A stretch of DNA of 63,900 bases, filler included, from Dugesia japonica (lineage: Eukaryota): NCBI GenBank assembly GCA_001938525.1. It is 6 parts of 6 records of this genome, joined end to end, with 100 filler letters (N's around TTAATTAATTAA, not from the genome) between each part and the next. Parts side by side here need not be neighbours in the genome. Positions count along the whole stretch, not along the records: positions 1 to 11,516 come from MQRL01622293.1; positions 11,617 to 21,212 come from MQRL01627914.1; 4 more parts are not named here. One strand, given 5' to 3'. Below are positions 1 to 12,299 of the stretch, piece by piece. Under the pieces are notes generated by a model. That model saw only the letters and a list, made by a program, of their open reading frames with translations. It was not told the origin of the DNA and did no database searches. Position 1 is the first letter of the stretch, and every line of letters begins with the position of its first letter. The translations under genes and the position numbers were made by a program.

Positions 1-761
1 TTTTAAATTTTTTTTAAAATTATAATAATAATACAATTCTTGTGCTTAAACCTGACTCATAATCTTTATTATTTATAATGATCATGATGATTTTTTCTGT
101 TTTCCCCCTATAATTTCTCTCAAAAATATCAAAATATTTTAATATAATTATTTGTTTTAATCTTTATTTTTTTCTCATCAATATAATTTTATTTTTAATA
201 CATGGATACTTTCAACACATTTATACAAATTATAAATAATAATAGATATTCCATGTTTTATTGACATTCTTCTTTTCGATCACTTTGACTTATTTTCTGA
301 GCACATTTTACCTTAGCCATCTAATTATTGATTATCTTCAATCATTGTATATTTTAATATTTAATCAATTCTTCGTTTTCTCCACAGCTTTATACAATTT
401 TTTTTTCTTTTTATTGTTTTACCCTAGATTTTATTTGATATTTCTTACACTTTTTAACTTCAGTCATTATTATTTAATAATCGTTTCCTTATTATTTCAT
501 AGATTATTATTTCTTTTATTTCTTATTATTTTCTTATTCATTTTTTTATTAACCTTTAATTTATTTCCTTCACTGATTTTCATATTTCACAATAGGCTGT
601 TTCAGTCCAACAATTACATCAATTACAACTAAACAAATAAAATAACAAAACGGATGTCAATAAAGTTACAACAACAAATTTAGTTCTCTTTTGGCTCTTC
701 AACTCTTTCTTTATTTTTATCTATGAATATTGATCGGACAATAAATTCAACATAGTTATGT

Positions 762-885
762 TTTCATTAAAAAAAGAAAAAACTTCAATCAAAATTTTGA
801 TCGAAGCTTTTTCTTATTTTAATGAAATCTCAAATGCGATCAATGGTTAAGTCCAACAATTATTCTCAGAATAATTGCAATTATA
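762..885. repeat. Penelope pLTR-derived repeat, locally palindromic
   Basis: TTTCATTAA..GAAAAAACTTCAATCAAAA|TTTTGATCGAAGCTTTTTCTTATTTTAATGAAA is an imperfect palindrome. The motif recurs at ~28520 (after a Penelope GIY-YIG), 43508-43545 (-) and 45070-45160; its tail recurs at ~33245-33295 (-). Confidence 0.55.
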
Positions 886-1384
886 TAATAGTCATGTTTA
901 CTCAATAGATCATTGTTGATCCTGCTTAGGAATTGAATTTCGTCAACGGATCCACTGGTAATTGTATCGGTAATTTTTTAAATTTCTCTTTCAATTTGAT
1001 TCATTTTGAATTGTAAAAGTGACTTATTTTACGAAACCTACTGTTTATATACTTGTTGTGATACATACATACTCGTTATATGATTGGGTGTAATTTGTTT
1101 TAAATGATATGATTTGTTATCTAAAAGCACATATTCATAAAAATGACGAGAGCATGCATTGTGCATGCTATCTAAATAATACAAGGTAACTATGTAAATA
1201 ATATACTCTCAAGCTCTATACACTCATAAATCCCATTAAATCATAAAAATATTTCCTTATAAGTTTTTATATTAGTTATATATGAAAAGGTTCCATGAAT
1301 TTATGATTTTTTTTGAAAAAAGTTCTATGTTTTCATCATTTTGTAAAGAGAAGTTTTCAGCAAATATGTTTTTATACAATATTT

Positions 1385-1750
1385 ACAGTACTAATATGTT
1401 TTTTTAAATCAAAAATTGAAACTAATAATGTGTTTTTTATAAAAAATGTCAGTACTAATATGTTTTTATGAAAAATTGGCACTACTAATATGTTTTTTAT
1501 AAAACATTGTCACTACTAATATGTTTTTTATGAAAAAGTGTCACTATTAATATGTTTTTGTGACAAATTGTCACTACTAATATGTTTCATTTGAAAAACT
1601 ACCTCACTATCATGATTTTCTATGGAAAATTACCTCATTGATATGATTTATTTTGGAAAAGTACATCACCAATAGGTTTTATTTTGGCAAATTACCTCGC
1701 TAATATGTTTTTTATATAAAAATTACATCGTTAATATGTTTTTATAGAAA
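1385..1750. repeat. Degenerate minisatellite, ~30-31 bp unit, about 12 copies
   Basis: Repeating TCACTACTAATATGTTTTTTATGAAAAATTG-like unit. Confidence 0.8.
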
Positions 1751-1809
1751 AAGTTCTGTTTTATCATTTTGTAAGAAAAGTTTTAATTTGAATATTTTAT
1801 CATGTAAAT

Positions 1810-3465
1810 ATATCAAAGACTCTCTTCTTTGGTTATTTTTAAAAGTTATATTTTATCATGTTAATAAATTTAAATTTTAGACTGTCTAGTTTCTTGCAAT
1901 AATATCAAGACTGTCCAATGTCTTGCAATAATATCAAAAATATCAAGACTGACCAATATCATACATGAATATCAAGACTTCAAAAACAAAATCAATACTG
2001 ACCAATCTGTTGAAAAATATCAAGTCTGACCCGTATACTACAAAATATAAAGACTACCCTAATGTTTTTTTAATAATGAATGCAATATGGATGCAATATG
2101 AATGCAATACAGCAACACTAGTCTGGGAATTTTAATAAATGCAATAGGGATGTAATATGAATGCAATACAGCAACACGTGCCTAGGAATTTTTATTGTTT
2201 TTTTTAATGAATTCAATAGGTATGCAACTCAGATGCAACACGAATGCACTACACAAACACTGAAAATCACGTGCCTAGACATTTTAGACCGCCTCAATCT
2301 CTTACAAAAATATCAAGACTGACCCATATACTGTAAAATATCAAGACTGACCCATTTACTGTAAAATATCAAGACGGCTCCATCCCATGCAAAATAAAGA
2401 GACTCCTCATACCATGCAAAATAAAGAGACTGTCCCATCTCTAACATAAATATAAAGTCTGCTCAAAAAAATTTTTAATTTCCCTCCATCATAAAATAAA
2501 TTTTTAAATTTCNNNNNNNNNNNNNNTTTTAAATTTCCTACAAAAACAATTTTCCCTAAAAAAATCAAGACTACCCTCTTCCTCTTCAAAAATAATAAAA
2601 AACATCCTTTCCCATACAAAAATACAAAAAATACTCAAAATTACATCATTTTTTATAAGAATACCATTATTTTCAACTAGCTCGTCATTTTTTAGCAAAA
2701 TACAGCATTTACCAAAATTTGGATTTCAAATTTTTATTACGTCACACCCACCAAGCAGAAAAATTTCAAATAAATCTTATAAAATTCGATAATTGATTCT
2801 CTTTTAACGCATATCACTTTCTCCCTCCTGAAAAATGGTTTTAACACACTTATACTACTTACAAATATCAACCAATCAAATTTAAGCACAACCAATCAAA
2901 TTTAAACACAACCAATCAGAAATTAAAGAACAATCGACATTCAAAATATTTATCATCATATTATCTTTCCAACAACCAACCAACCACTAAAATCCAACAA
3001 CACCCTACAAATCTACACCCACCCAAAAATCACCCCACGATAACTCAAACACCTGAGCTTGTGCGCTACCACACTTTTAGGACAAACCATTCATCCTACC
3101 ACATAACTCCTTTACATAATATACAGACAGAATTTTTGTCCAACCACAACCATATCATAAAACTCGGCAAAATTCTTTTTCCAAGATCTCCAAACCACCC
3201 TCGAGTCCATTTTCACTCTTTTACACACACACATAAACTCAACTTGACCTACTTTAAATTAACACACACAAATGTTAAAAATAAAAATACACACACACTT
3301 CTAGGATAAAAAACTTGATTCGATCAAAAAAAATTTGATCCTAAAAGTCTTTTAAAAAAAAGCACAAAAATCGTAGCACCATCGTAAGCAGTTGTCGAGT
3401 CTCCCCTACCCGGAGGGGGTGGGAAAGGGGTTCAACTTGTGCTTGTGGGCTACTATCTCACTACT
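1810..3465. mobile_element. Right end of a non-autonomous element with a Polinton/Maverick-type terminus
   Basis: Many ATATCAAGACTG(A/T/C)CC motifs, AAAATTTGATCC motif, ends GGGCTACTATCTCACTACT (3447-3465). Same architecture at 30470-31233. Confidence 0.55.
2871..2919 (+). promoter_or_regulatory. Three tandem CCAAT boxes (20-bp period)
   Basis: ACCAATCAAATTTAAGCACA ACCAATCAAATTTAAACACA ACCAATCAG. Confidence 0.35.
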
Positions 3466-3894
3466 CATCAATGTTATCGACAAAGAATTAACATGATAGT
3501 CAACCATGAGTTGCTGCTTCTCCACAAGAGGTGTGTGTTGATCACATGCTCGGCAAGTTTATATCCAATTTATTGATTATCTAACAACTACTACACTATC
3601 ATAAATTTAAGAGCTACACTGTTTAATATTGTAAGTTCTTTATTATTAAAAAGTTTTGTATTTTTTAATTTTTTTTATGTAAATTAATTTTTAATGGTAT
3701 TTAAGTTAAAATTTTTACATGACAATAAGAATTAAATGACAAATTTTAGATCAGTTTTTAGATAAAAATTCATAAAGAAGAATAAATCGAAGAAATTAGA
3801 TATTTATTTACAAAATATCCTTCAACAACAAACATTTCGGGTAAAAATATTTTAGGTTATTATAATAAGGTTTTAGAGAATTATTTTTATCCTC

Positions 3895-4850
3895 TTAGAC
3901 AACTTGGGAAATTCCTGACTTACGCTGCTGGAATTTGGAACTTGAGTCAAATTCCAAATTGTTGGTCAAAAGTTTTCTTAGTTTTGATTTGAATTGTGAA
4001 AAATAATTTTCTATTGGGTTCAAGAAAGGGCTATATAGTCGTAGATGAAGGACTTTATGATTTTCTGTTGTTGTCAGNGCATTGTTGTGGATAGATGCAT
4101 TATCGTGAATAAAGTAATATTCACTTGCATCCAATTTTAACGAAAGGTCATGAATAAATTTCATGTAGAGCACTTGGTTGACAGACCCTTGATAAACCAA
4201 ATGATGAATTGGACTTTTTCCCAATCGCCATTATGATGGATATATTCTGGCCTAGCTTAGTTGGTACCTGAATATAGGCACTGTAACCACTGAAACTTCT
4301 TCGTCTGACTCGTTGGGTCCACACATTACAAAAGCTATCGTCTATATATATGCATTGACTTGACCGCATTTTGTCCTCAAAAATTTTTTCCACATTCTTT
4401 TCTTAGATTTTTTACTCGATCAGAATTTTTTTTCAACAACAGAATATCGTAACTTCTTGATTGTATAAAATCTGTTCTTTAAAAAGGTCGATATTGTTGT
4501 TGTCGATGTATCCAGACCTTTTTCTTCGAAAAAAAGTTTCATTTCTTTCAAGGTCATGCGGTTTTTTTTATTGATTTCGACTAATAATTGGTCCCCCATT
4601 TCTTAATTAATAACTTTTTTCTGTGCCCACCATGTTTTCCTTTCGAAATTGAACCTATTATATTATATCTAAAATAAGATTTTTGATTTATTTTAAATAA
4701 AATATTTTAAAATTTACTTAGAGATAATATTTCTTAAAGAGCCGAAATTCACATTTAGAATTTCGCTGACAGATTTCAAATCTCTGCCCTCTTCATAAAT
4801 GTTTATGATCCAATCTTTGTCTATAGCAGAAATCCTGTTAAAATATAATA
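3895..4850 (-). pseudogene. IS630/Tc1-superfamily (DDE_3) transposase, frameshifted
   Basis: Motifs CIYIDDSF, GQNISIIMAI, FIHDNASIH and YSPFLNPIENYFSQFK across ORFs 4148-4393 and 3895-4224. HTH-like N-terminus at 4714-4850. Confidence 0.8.
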
Positions 4851-6693
4851 AACAAATGAAAGAACTTTTTTGAACGGATTTTCGGAAGCCTGCAAGATTC
4901 TGTTGACTCTCACTTGAAATTGCTTCATAATTTTCGAAATTCATATTTAAAATTTTTAAAATTGTAGTAAACTTAGTTATTTTTTGAAAAAAGTGTGTGT
5001 GTGCTTGCTGTGTGTTTGTTTATTTTTCTAACCTTTTTAGATTTTAATATTAAATTCACTTGTTAAACTTTTAAGTAAGATCTTATTTATTTAATTTAAT
5101 TTTCTTATATTATAAGGATCCAATCAAAATCAAGCAATTTATTATCAAGTAAGAATTTGATTGTAACTNTTCACTTCCTAAACTTTCTTTAGTATACACA
5201 TATTGGTAAAATGGATTTTACTCTAATTAACAACGCCAGTAGATTGATAGATAGATGTCTTTGGATTTCATTACTATTCTTGTTTTTCAGCAGTAATCGG
5301 TGAGATGATGATATTCTAGTAGCACTAGGCAATGGTAAATGAAAGTTATTTTGGTGACACAATTTATTGCTAGTCCACTATTTAAGTCAGTTTGCGAAAG
5401 ATACTGATTGAATAATTTAAAGTACCAGACCAAATGAAATGGAAGATCAACGACCGGTGATCAGTATGATTTGTACCAGGGTTAATTGTCGTTACATTCG
5501 GAAAACTACCAGGTGATTTTCTGGTCATATTAGTAACATGAAAAAAATTCTAAATTTTATTAACATTCATATTATTATAACATAGGAACTACATCAATAA
5601 ATAAAACCTCAGACTTACTCCTGAAATTTTTTATACTGCAATGATTAACAACTATTTTCTTCACAAGTAATTAGGCAGAGTTTTCCAATGTACAATAGCT
5701 AGTACAAAATTGGTTTTTTGAAGGTGAAAAGACTAACTTTTTTGGGGGTTTATATAGGTTTTTACCGATACCCCGACTTCTACGTCATTGGTCTGTCAAT
5801 TTAATTTAAGATTTCATCAATATGTAAAATTACGTCAATTAAGTCATTCATACTTATACTAAATAAAATTAAATTGATTTAGGCAGTCAGAACAGAATTC
5901 AAAAGGTGTGCCAACCATTTTAAAAAGTAAACCTCAATACAGTTTGTTTGCATACTTCGTAGAACGAACCAGTTCCTTTTTAAAATTTACAAACCTTGAG
6001 AAAATGGAACTCTCTTGTTTTATATGGAATATATAATATTCCGTATTGAAGCCTTAACAATGTAGCTGTAATTTTGATTTTTTTTAAAATAAGGAAGTAT
6101 TTTTTCTAGAAATCATGCTTCTTAATAATAATATAAAAATACGAACACGATTCCCTCATTTTGACTTTCTGTCTACAGAATTCAAACTCATTTCTGATTA
6201 TAATTTCAGAGAATGGACGATAAAATATCATCAGAAATATCAAAATAATGATCCTCGTCGTAAATTCTCAAATACAGTAAGCGTTGCTTATTATGATTAT
6301 TGGTTATTAGAATCGTCGCTTTATAGAATCAAATTCTTTTTCCGCCGTACGGATTTAATATTTCCTATTTTCGGTTGTTAGAATCTCCATTTAATAGTAT
6401 TAATTATAAGTTGATAAACATGATCACAATAAGCGGCTTTTACTGTAATAATAATATTATAATTATTAATAATAAAAGTTAAATATTTTAATAATAACAA
6501 TATTAGTAATTTACAATAGCAAAAAAATTGAACAGTTTATAAAGTTAACACATGATTAAAATTTACAATGAAGGCTGATTGGTTGTCAAATAAATTGCAC
6601 ATGAAGTAAAAATGTAAAACCAATGAAACAGAATCGTTAAAACAAGTAACACAAGTAAAAATTAATAAAACAAATTGATATAATTTCTTGAGA

Positions 6694-7790
6694 TTAGCTT
6701 TCCATATTTTCTATGAGCGATTGTTTTTCAATAGGTTTACCGACTGATTTTGCGTTGAAAATAGGATTTTCGTAAAGGTTCAGTTTTACATCTTGCTTAT
6801 TCGCATTAGAAGAAATTTGTTGGTCCAATCTGTGCATCGGGCCCTGATTTTGATTAGCATTGAATACTACGCTCATGACATAATTGGGAGACGAACGACG
6901 AAGTGGCTGACCACAACACTTTATAACAAGAGTAGCGATAAAAGTTAACACGATGAGAAACAATAGAATAACTGTTGTTACAACGATAGATATAATTGGT
7001 GTACTATGAGACTGAAATTTAATAAATAAACAATTCATATTTTAACATTAATTTAAAATCTCAATTAAAAAAAATAAAGTAAAATATATCTTGAAATTAA
7101 ATCATTCCAAAGTAAGGTGCGTAGACAAGAGGAAAGGACTATGGGTGTGGATAATTGTCCATAAATTTGGGATAGAAAATAAAAAATCAAGGAATCGAGA
7201 ATGAGTAGAAATCGATAAATAGCTAAAACTTTTCTTTATATGACTATTTGCTGCTCCTATGGACGTTAAGCTGACACAATAATGCAAAACATATGTATTA
7301 AAATAGTTGTTACACCTGAGTCTCAAATTTTGGCATCCAAATTTTCTAATTTTTTATTGTGAAGCGCAAATTACCGACGAGGAAGTAATTTAAAATCTTA
7401 CCAATTCGAGCAAAAATCAAAGAATCGATTTATTATAATAATGAAAAGAATAAATATATAATATTACAACAAATCATTATTTTTTAGCTCTCTATACAAA
7501 AAAATTGGTTACGGTCCTGCCATGCAAAGTTGGTATTAATTATGAGGACAGATGTAGCATGTGGAGTTTAATAGGGTATCTAATATCATTCTTGATGCAT
7601 ATTAAAATCGGTAATTTTTAACTACAGTGAACTTGAATGTCGAATTTAAGCAATACCTGATACACCTATTTCTAAAGAACATATCAAAGATTCTTGTAAT
7701 AATAGCAAATTGATAATTTTGTATCGATTTGAATGAAAAAGAAAAAGGATTCAGTTTAGGTAATGTGAACCATTTCAAGTATTGAAACTA
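6694..7790 (-). pseudogene. Decayed type-I membrane protein gene with a WSC-like Cys domain
   Basis: Last exon (acceptor TTTCAG at ~7012) encodes a TM helix (IISIVVTTVILLFLIVLTFIATLVI), KCC and a tail. Exon ~7510-7790 reads CIRYCLNSTFKFTVVKNYRF*YAS...STCYICPHN*YQLC, WSC-like with stops. Confidence 0.4.
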
Positions 7791-8384
7791 GAGAGTTTAT
7801 CACCCACCGCACAACGATGGATTCTAAGGCCAACATATTTTTAATTATCATAATTATAATTTAGTTAAACGATAATTTAGGAAGAGTTTGAAAACAACAA
7901 ACCTAGATTGCCTTTGAAATGAAATATCTCTTGTTCTCATGAAAATTGTTAATACTAAGATTATTGTTATTATTAATTTCATTATTAATATTATGATTAA
8001 TATCATTAAATTTACTTGTAATTTGAATATTATTTAAAGAGTCAAATTTCATAAATACGGTTAAATAAATATTAATAATGAATTAATAATAAATTGGACT
8101 AGCCATATATAAAATAGACCGGGGTTTCCAAATTTTCCAGCGATGGAATACTCCACAAATCCTAAAATTCCAATTGAATACCATATTCTCTCTGCGGTAA
8201 GTAATTATTCGTAAATTTACAGAAGAATGGCATGTGTAAGAAATAATGACACTAAATCTATGCTTTATTCTTATTAATCATAGGATACATAAAATCAGAA
8301 ATTTTTACCCATAGTGAACTTGAGTGTCGAATTTATGTAATATCTGATATATAAATATTTATAAAGAAAATTTGTAGAGAAATT

Positions 8385-9811
8385 AGTAGGTAGATAGTAG
8401 CGCACTAGATCACTAAGAAATATTAGTCGCTTATAAACTACTTACAAATAGTNNNNNNNNNNNNNNNNNNNNNNNNNNNNNNNNNNNNNNNNNNNNNNNN
8501 NNATAAACTACTTACAAATAGTAAGTAGCTAAATTAAATAATGATTATGAAAAATTTGTATGACTCATCATTTTTGCAACAAGAAATGAATCATGTTAAT
8601 GAGTCATCGGTTCTGTAGAACAAAGACAATGACTCATAGGATGAGTCATACATTTTTTCGAAAAATTTATCTAAGTCAGAACAAAGACCCGCCTAACCCA
8701 CCCCCTAACAAAGAAAAAATTTCTAGATCATGACACCCCCCCTCCCCGACAAAGAAAATTATAAATCAAAGATTTAAAAAAAAAAATTTTTTTATTAATT
8801 TTTTTAATTTTGGTTAGTTTTTTTTATTTGAAAAATTTTTTTTTTAGAAAATTATTAAAAATATTATCCAGTGACTTATTCAATGTGTCTTTATTTAAAC
8901 TACTTNNNNNNNNNNNNNNNNNNNNNNNNNNNNNNNNNNNNNNNNNNNNNNNNNNNNNNNNNNNNNNNNNNNNNNNNNNNNNNNNNNNNNNNNNNNNNNN
9001 NNNNNNNNNNNNNNNNNNNNNNNNNNNNNNNNNNNNNNNNNNNNNNNNNNNNNNNNNNNNNNNNNNNNNNNNNNNNNNNNNNNNNNNNNNNNNNNNNNNN
9101 NNNNNNNNNNNNNNNNNNGTAATTTATTAAAAATTGTAATGACTTCTATTTAATTTTGGCAATATTTTAGCTTTCATCTAATTATTACAATTAAAATATC
9201 TATGTAAGATAACACAGAAAAGAAAATGTATATATAGAAAAGTCTAAAATGTATCAAAACAATAAACTTTAATTTAATTATAACATATGTAATCAAAATA
9301 ATTAAATTATCAAACGGGATTTTATTTTGAAATGCAAAAAGAATATAGAAATGCATTTGGTAAGTAGTTTAAATAAAGACACATTGAATAAGTCACTGGA
9401 TAATATTTTTAATATTTTTCTAAAATAAAATTTTCAAATAAAAAAAAACTAACCAAAATAAAAAAAATTAATAAAAAAATTTTTTTTTAAAAAATCTTTG
9501 ATTTATAATTTTCTTTGTCGGGGAGGGGGGTGTCATGATCTGGAAAATTTTTCTTTGTTAGGGGGGTGGGGTAGGCGGGTCTTTGTTCTGACTTAGATAA
9601 ATTTTTCGAAAAAATGTATGACTCATCCGATGAGTCATGGTCTTTGTTCTAACCGGCGATGACTCATCAACATGACTCATTTCTTTGTTAAAAAATGATG
9701 AGTCATACAAATTTTTCATAATCATTATTTAATTTAGCTACTTACTATTTGTAAGCAGTTTATAATCGACTAATATTTCTTAGTGATCTAGTGCGCTACT
9801 ATCTACCTACT
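8385..9811. mobile_element. Foldback (long-TIR) non-autonomous element with Polinton-type termini and 6-bp TSD
   Basis: Begins AGTAGGTAGATAGTAGCGC and ends GCGCTACTATCTACCTACT. Arms of at least 450 bp are inverted. TSD GAAATT at 8379-8384 and 9812-9817. Confidence 0.9.
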
Positions 9812-10858
9812 GAAATTATTAAATATTTTTGTAATAGTCGATTGATAATTTGGTATACATTTAAATAGGAAATAAAGGCTTCAGTTTAGCTTATGTGAAT
9901 CATTTCAAGTATTAGAAGTAGAGAACATGTATAGAATATACAGGGTGTTCAAAAAGTCTAAACAATTTAAAAAATTTATTAAGGTTTGAAATATACTAGA
10001 AAACTCTTGAAATATATTATGTAATTAATAAAGTTTTTAGTCCATTTAAAATAAAACTTTTATATGTTCCCCATTTATTGCACGGAGGATATCTAAGCGA
10101 TAATCAAATTAAATAAAGATATGGTAGAGAATGAACAATTATTTCAAATCGATATCGATTAAGAGAAATTCAAACATTCGACATAATTGTTTCATTTACT
10201 GAACTCATTAGCATTATTTGATAAACACTTATTTTCAATTAATACCAAAAAGATAAATCTCACAAATCCTTTATACATAGAAACAATTAATTAAAATTTT
10301 AGGATAAATTTTAGATTCCATATTTTTAAAAATATTTAATATTAATTTAAGAAAAATCCATGAATAAAAAACTAACATGTTTTGGATCAGGATTGAATTG
10401 TATTAAGTTCTGATGTTTTGATATGCATTTTTTGAATTCTTTTTCAAAAGTATCGTGAATTGTTAAGCTGTAATTTTTCGATGTTAAATATTTCATAGTT
10501 TCATTAAGTTTTTTGGATATATCTGCTGACTTGTTCTACAGTACAAGAAATATTTTATTACTTAATATTTGATATAAGAAGAAAAATCAATATTCTAAAA
10601 TCTATCTATATAATCTTTTACTATAAATTTTTATAATAAAAATTAATTAATTTTGAGATTAAGATATTTTTATCAAGTATTAAGTGATACAGAGAAAGTT
10701 CAATTACACATTGAAAGACTTATTACCACATAACGTAAATTCATGTGCATTTCTGGGTGACGGAATTAATTTATATTTGGAAGATTATAAAACTAAAGTA
10801 ATTTGTAAAGTATCTTTAATTGTTTAATCTGTAAAATTTAATATTTTTTCAGACCATT

Positions 10859-11510
10859 ATGGATTTTTTACAAACCGTCATTTTTGACGGGTCATAATTT
10901 ATAAACAATTTTTTATTTGTATTGAAGAATATCGATGAACATTTTTTTAGAATAAATATTGAATTTTATTTCTATACTATAAAAAATATTTCTATAATAT
11001 TAAAAGAAGAAATTAGAGGGACAAAAACAACAAATTGAGAAATGAAAGAAATTATTACAAAAATAGATATTATCAAGAAGGAGCTAAATCTAGAAGCCAA
11101 TGTTGCAGCAGTTAAAATCAAATAAAAGAATTATACAACAACTGCTAAATTTAATGGCTTTCAATGAAATCGTCCAGTTACATTTAAAAGGAATAATTTA
11201 GTGGAAAACATCATAAATCCATATTCTGATTCCAGAAGATATGCTAATTCGAATGCACCCAATAATTAAAATGAAGAAAATTTAAGAGAATGGGAAATAA
11301 TTTTCCACAGAGATCCAAACGATGTTCGACTTGTAAAGAAGAAGGACATGTCAGAGCTAATTGTCCGAATGTAGAATGTTTCCAGTGTAACACTTCAAAC
11401 ATCAATGCTATGAGGTTCGGGATATTAAAATAGATTATCGTCAATTCAATGTTGTTGCGTACGATGAACGTTTAGATGAATTGATGATAGAACTATGACA
11501 GATCAATTCC
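10859..11510 (+). pseudogene. Ty3/gypsy gag remnant with CCHC zinc knuckle
   Basis: From 11323: CSTCKEEGHVRANC followed by PNVECFQC (second knuckle broken). Upstream frame has stops. Confidence 0.65.
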
Positions 11511-11560
11511 AAAAAGNNNNNNNNNNNNNNNNNNNNNNNNNNNNNNNNNNNNNNNNNNNN

Positions 11561-11572
11561 TTAATTAATTAA
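11561..11572. other. Artificial contig-joining linker (also 21257, 33353, 45669, 54200)
   Basis: TTAATTAATTAA (stops in all six frames) flanked by about 44 N on each side, five times. Confidence 0.95.
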
Positions 11573-12299
11573 NNNNNNNNNNNNNNNNNNNNNNNNNNNN
11601 NNNNNNNNNNNNNNNNAAATGAAATGAATAAAAGATGTTTATTTAATATATTTTTATAAAATCAAATATAATTTAAATATAATAAAATATGAAATTAAAT
11701 ATTTGATTTTTCACTTTTTGAATATGAATTTTTAAATTTGTTTGTTTAATTAACTAATTATGTCATAGTTTTTTATTTAATAAATCGTTGTAATGAATTT
11801 GAATTCTGATGTTAATGATTCCATGAGTTTTCAAAACCCAACTAACAATAATAGTGTTGGGCTAGAACACAATAAAAATGATAAATAATTTAAATGATGA
11901 ATAATGAAAATAATAACGGACAATGAAAGAATTAATAAGAAATGTGAACTGGACCAGGGAGTATTATCAAGATTATTATTATTATTATTATTATTACTAT
12001 TATCATTATCATTAATATAATTTATCTGAAATTATAGAAAAGATCGGAATAGAAAAATCGGGCGTAAAAGACCCAAATTTAGCGAGACGGAAATAAAAAT
12101 TATAAATACCAAGAGGAAATTATGAACTAAATAATTAAAATAATATACTGTACTATAGTAATTTATAAAAGGGGTATCTACGACCCTATTTCATTACTAT
12201 ACTCACGCTATTTAGCGTTCGATATTATTATTATTTCTTAATTAAAGAAATAATCTGGTCAAGTCATTGTCTGGTTAGGATGAATTAAGTCCAAACTTA

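Noticed and set aside
261-632. 123-aa hydrophobic ORF
   Set aside because: F/L/I content follows from T-rich low complexity, with a TTG start and no motif.
1385-1750. CRISPR-like periodicity
   Set aside because: Head-to-tail degenerate repeats without unique spacers, eukaryotic context, no cas genes.
6115-6381. 88-aa ORF
   Set aside because: No recognisable motif or splice context, so it cannot be supported.
7510-7830. Alternative genetic code suggested by in-frame stops
   Set aside because: Six3/6, UBL and ShK exons read normally in the standard code. The stops fit pseudogene decay.
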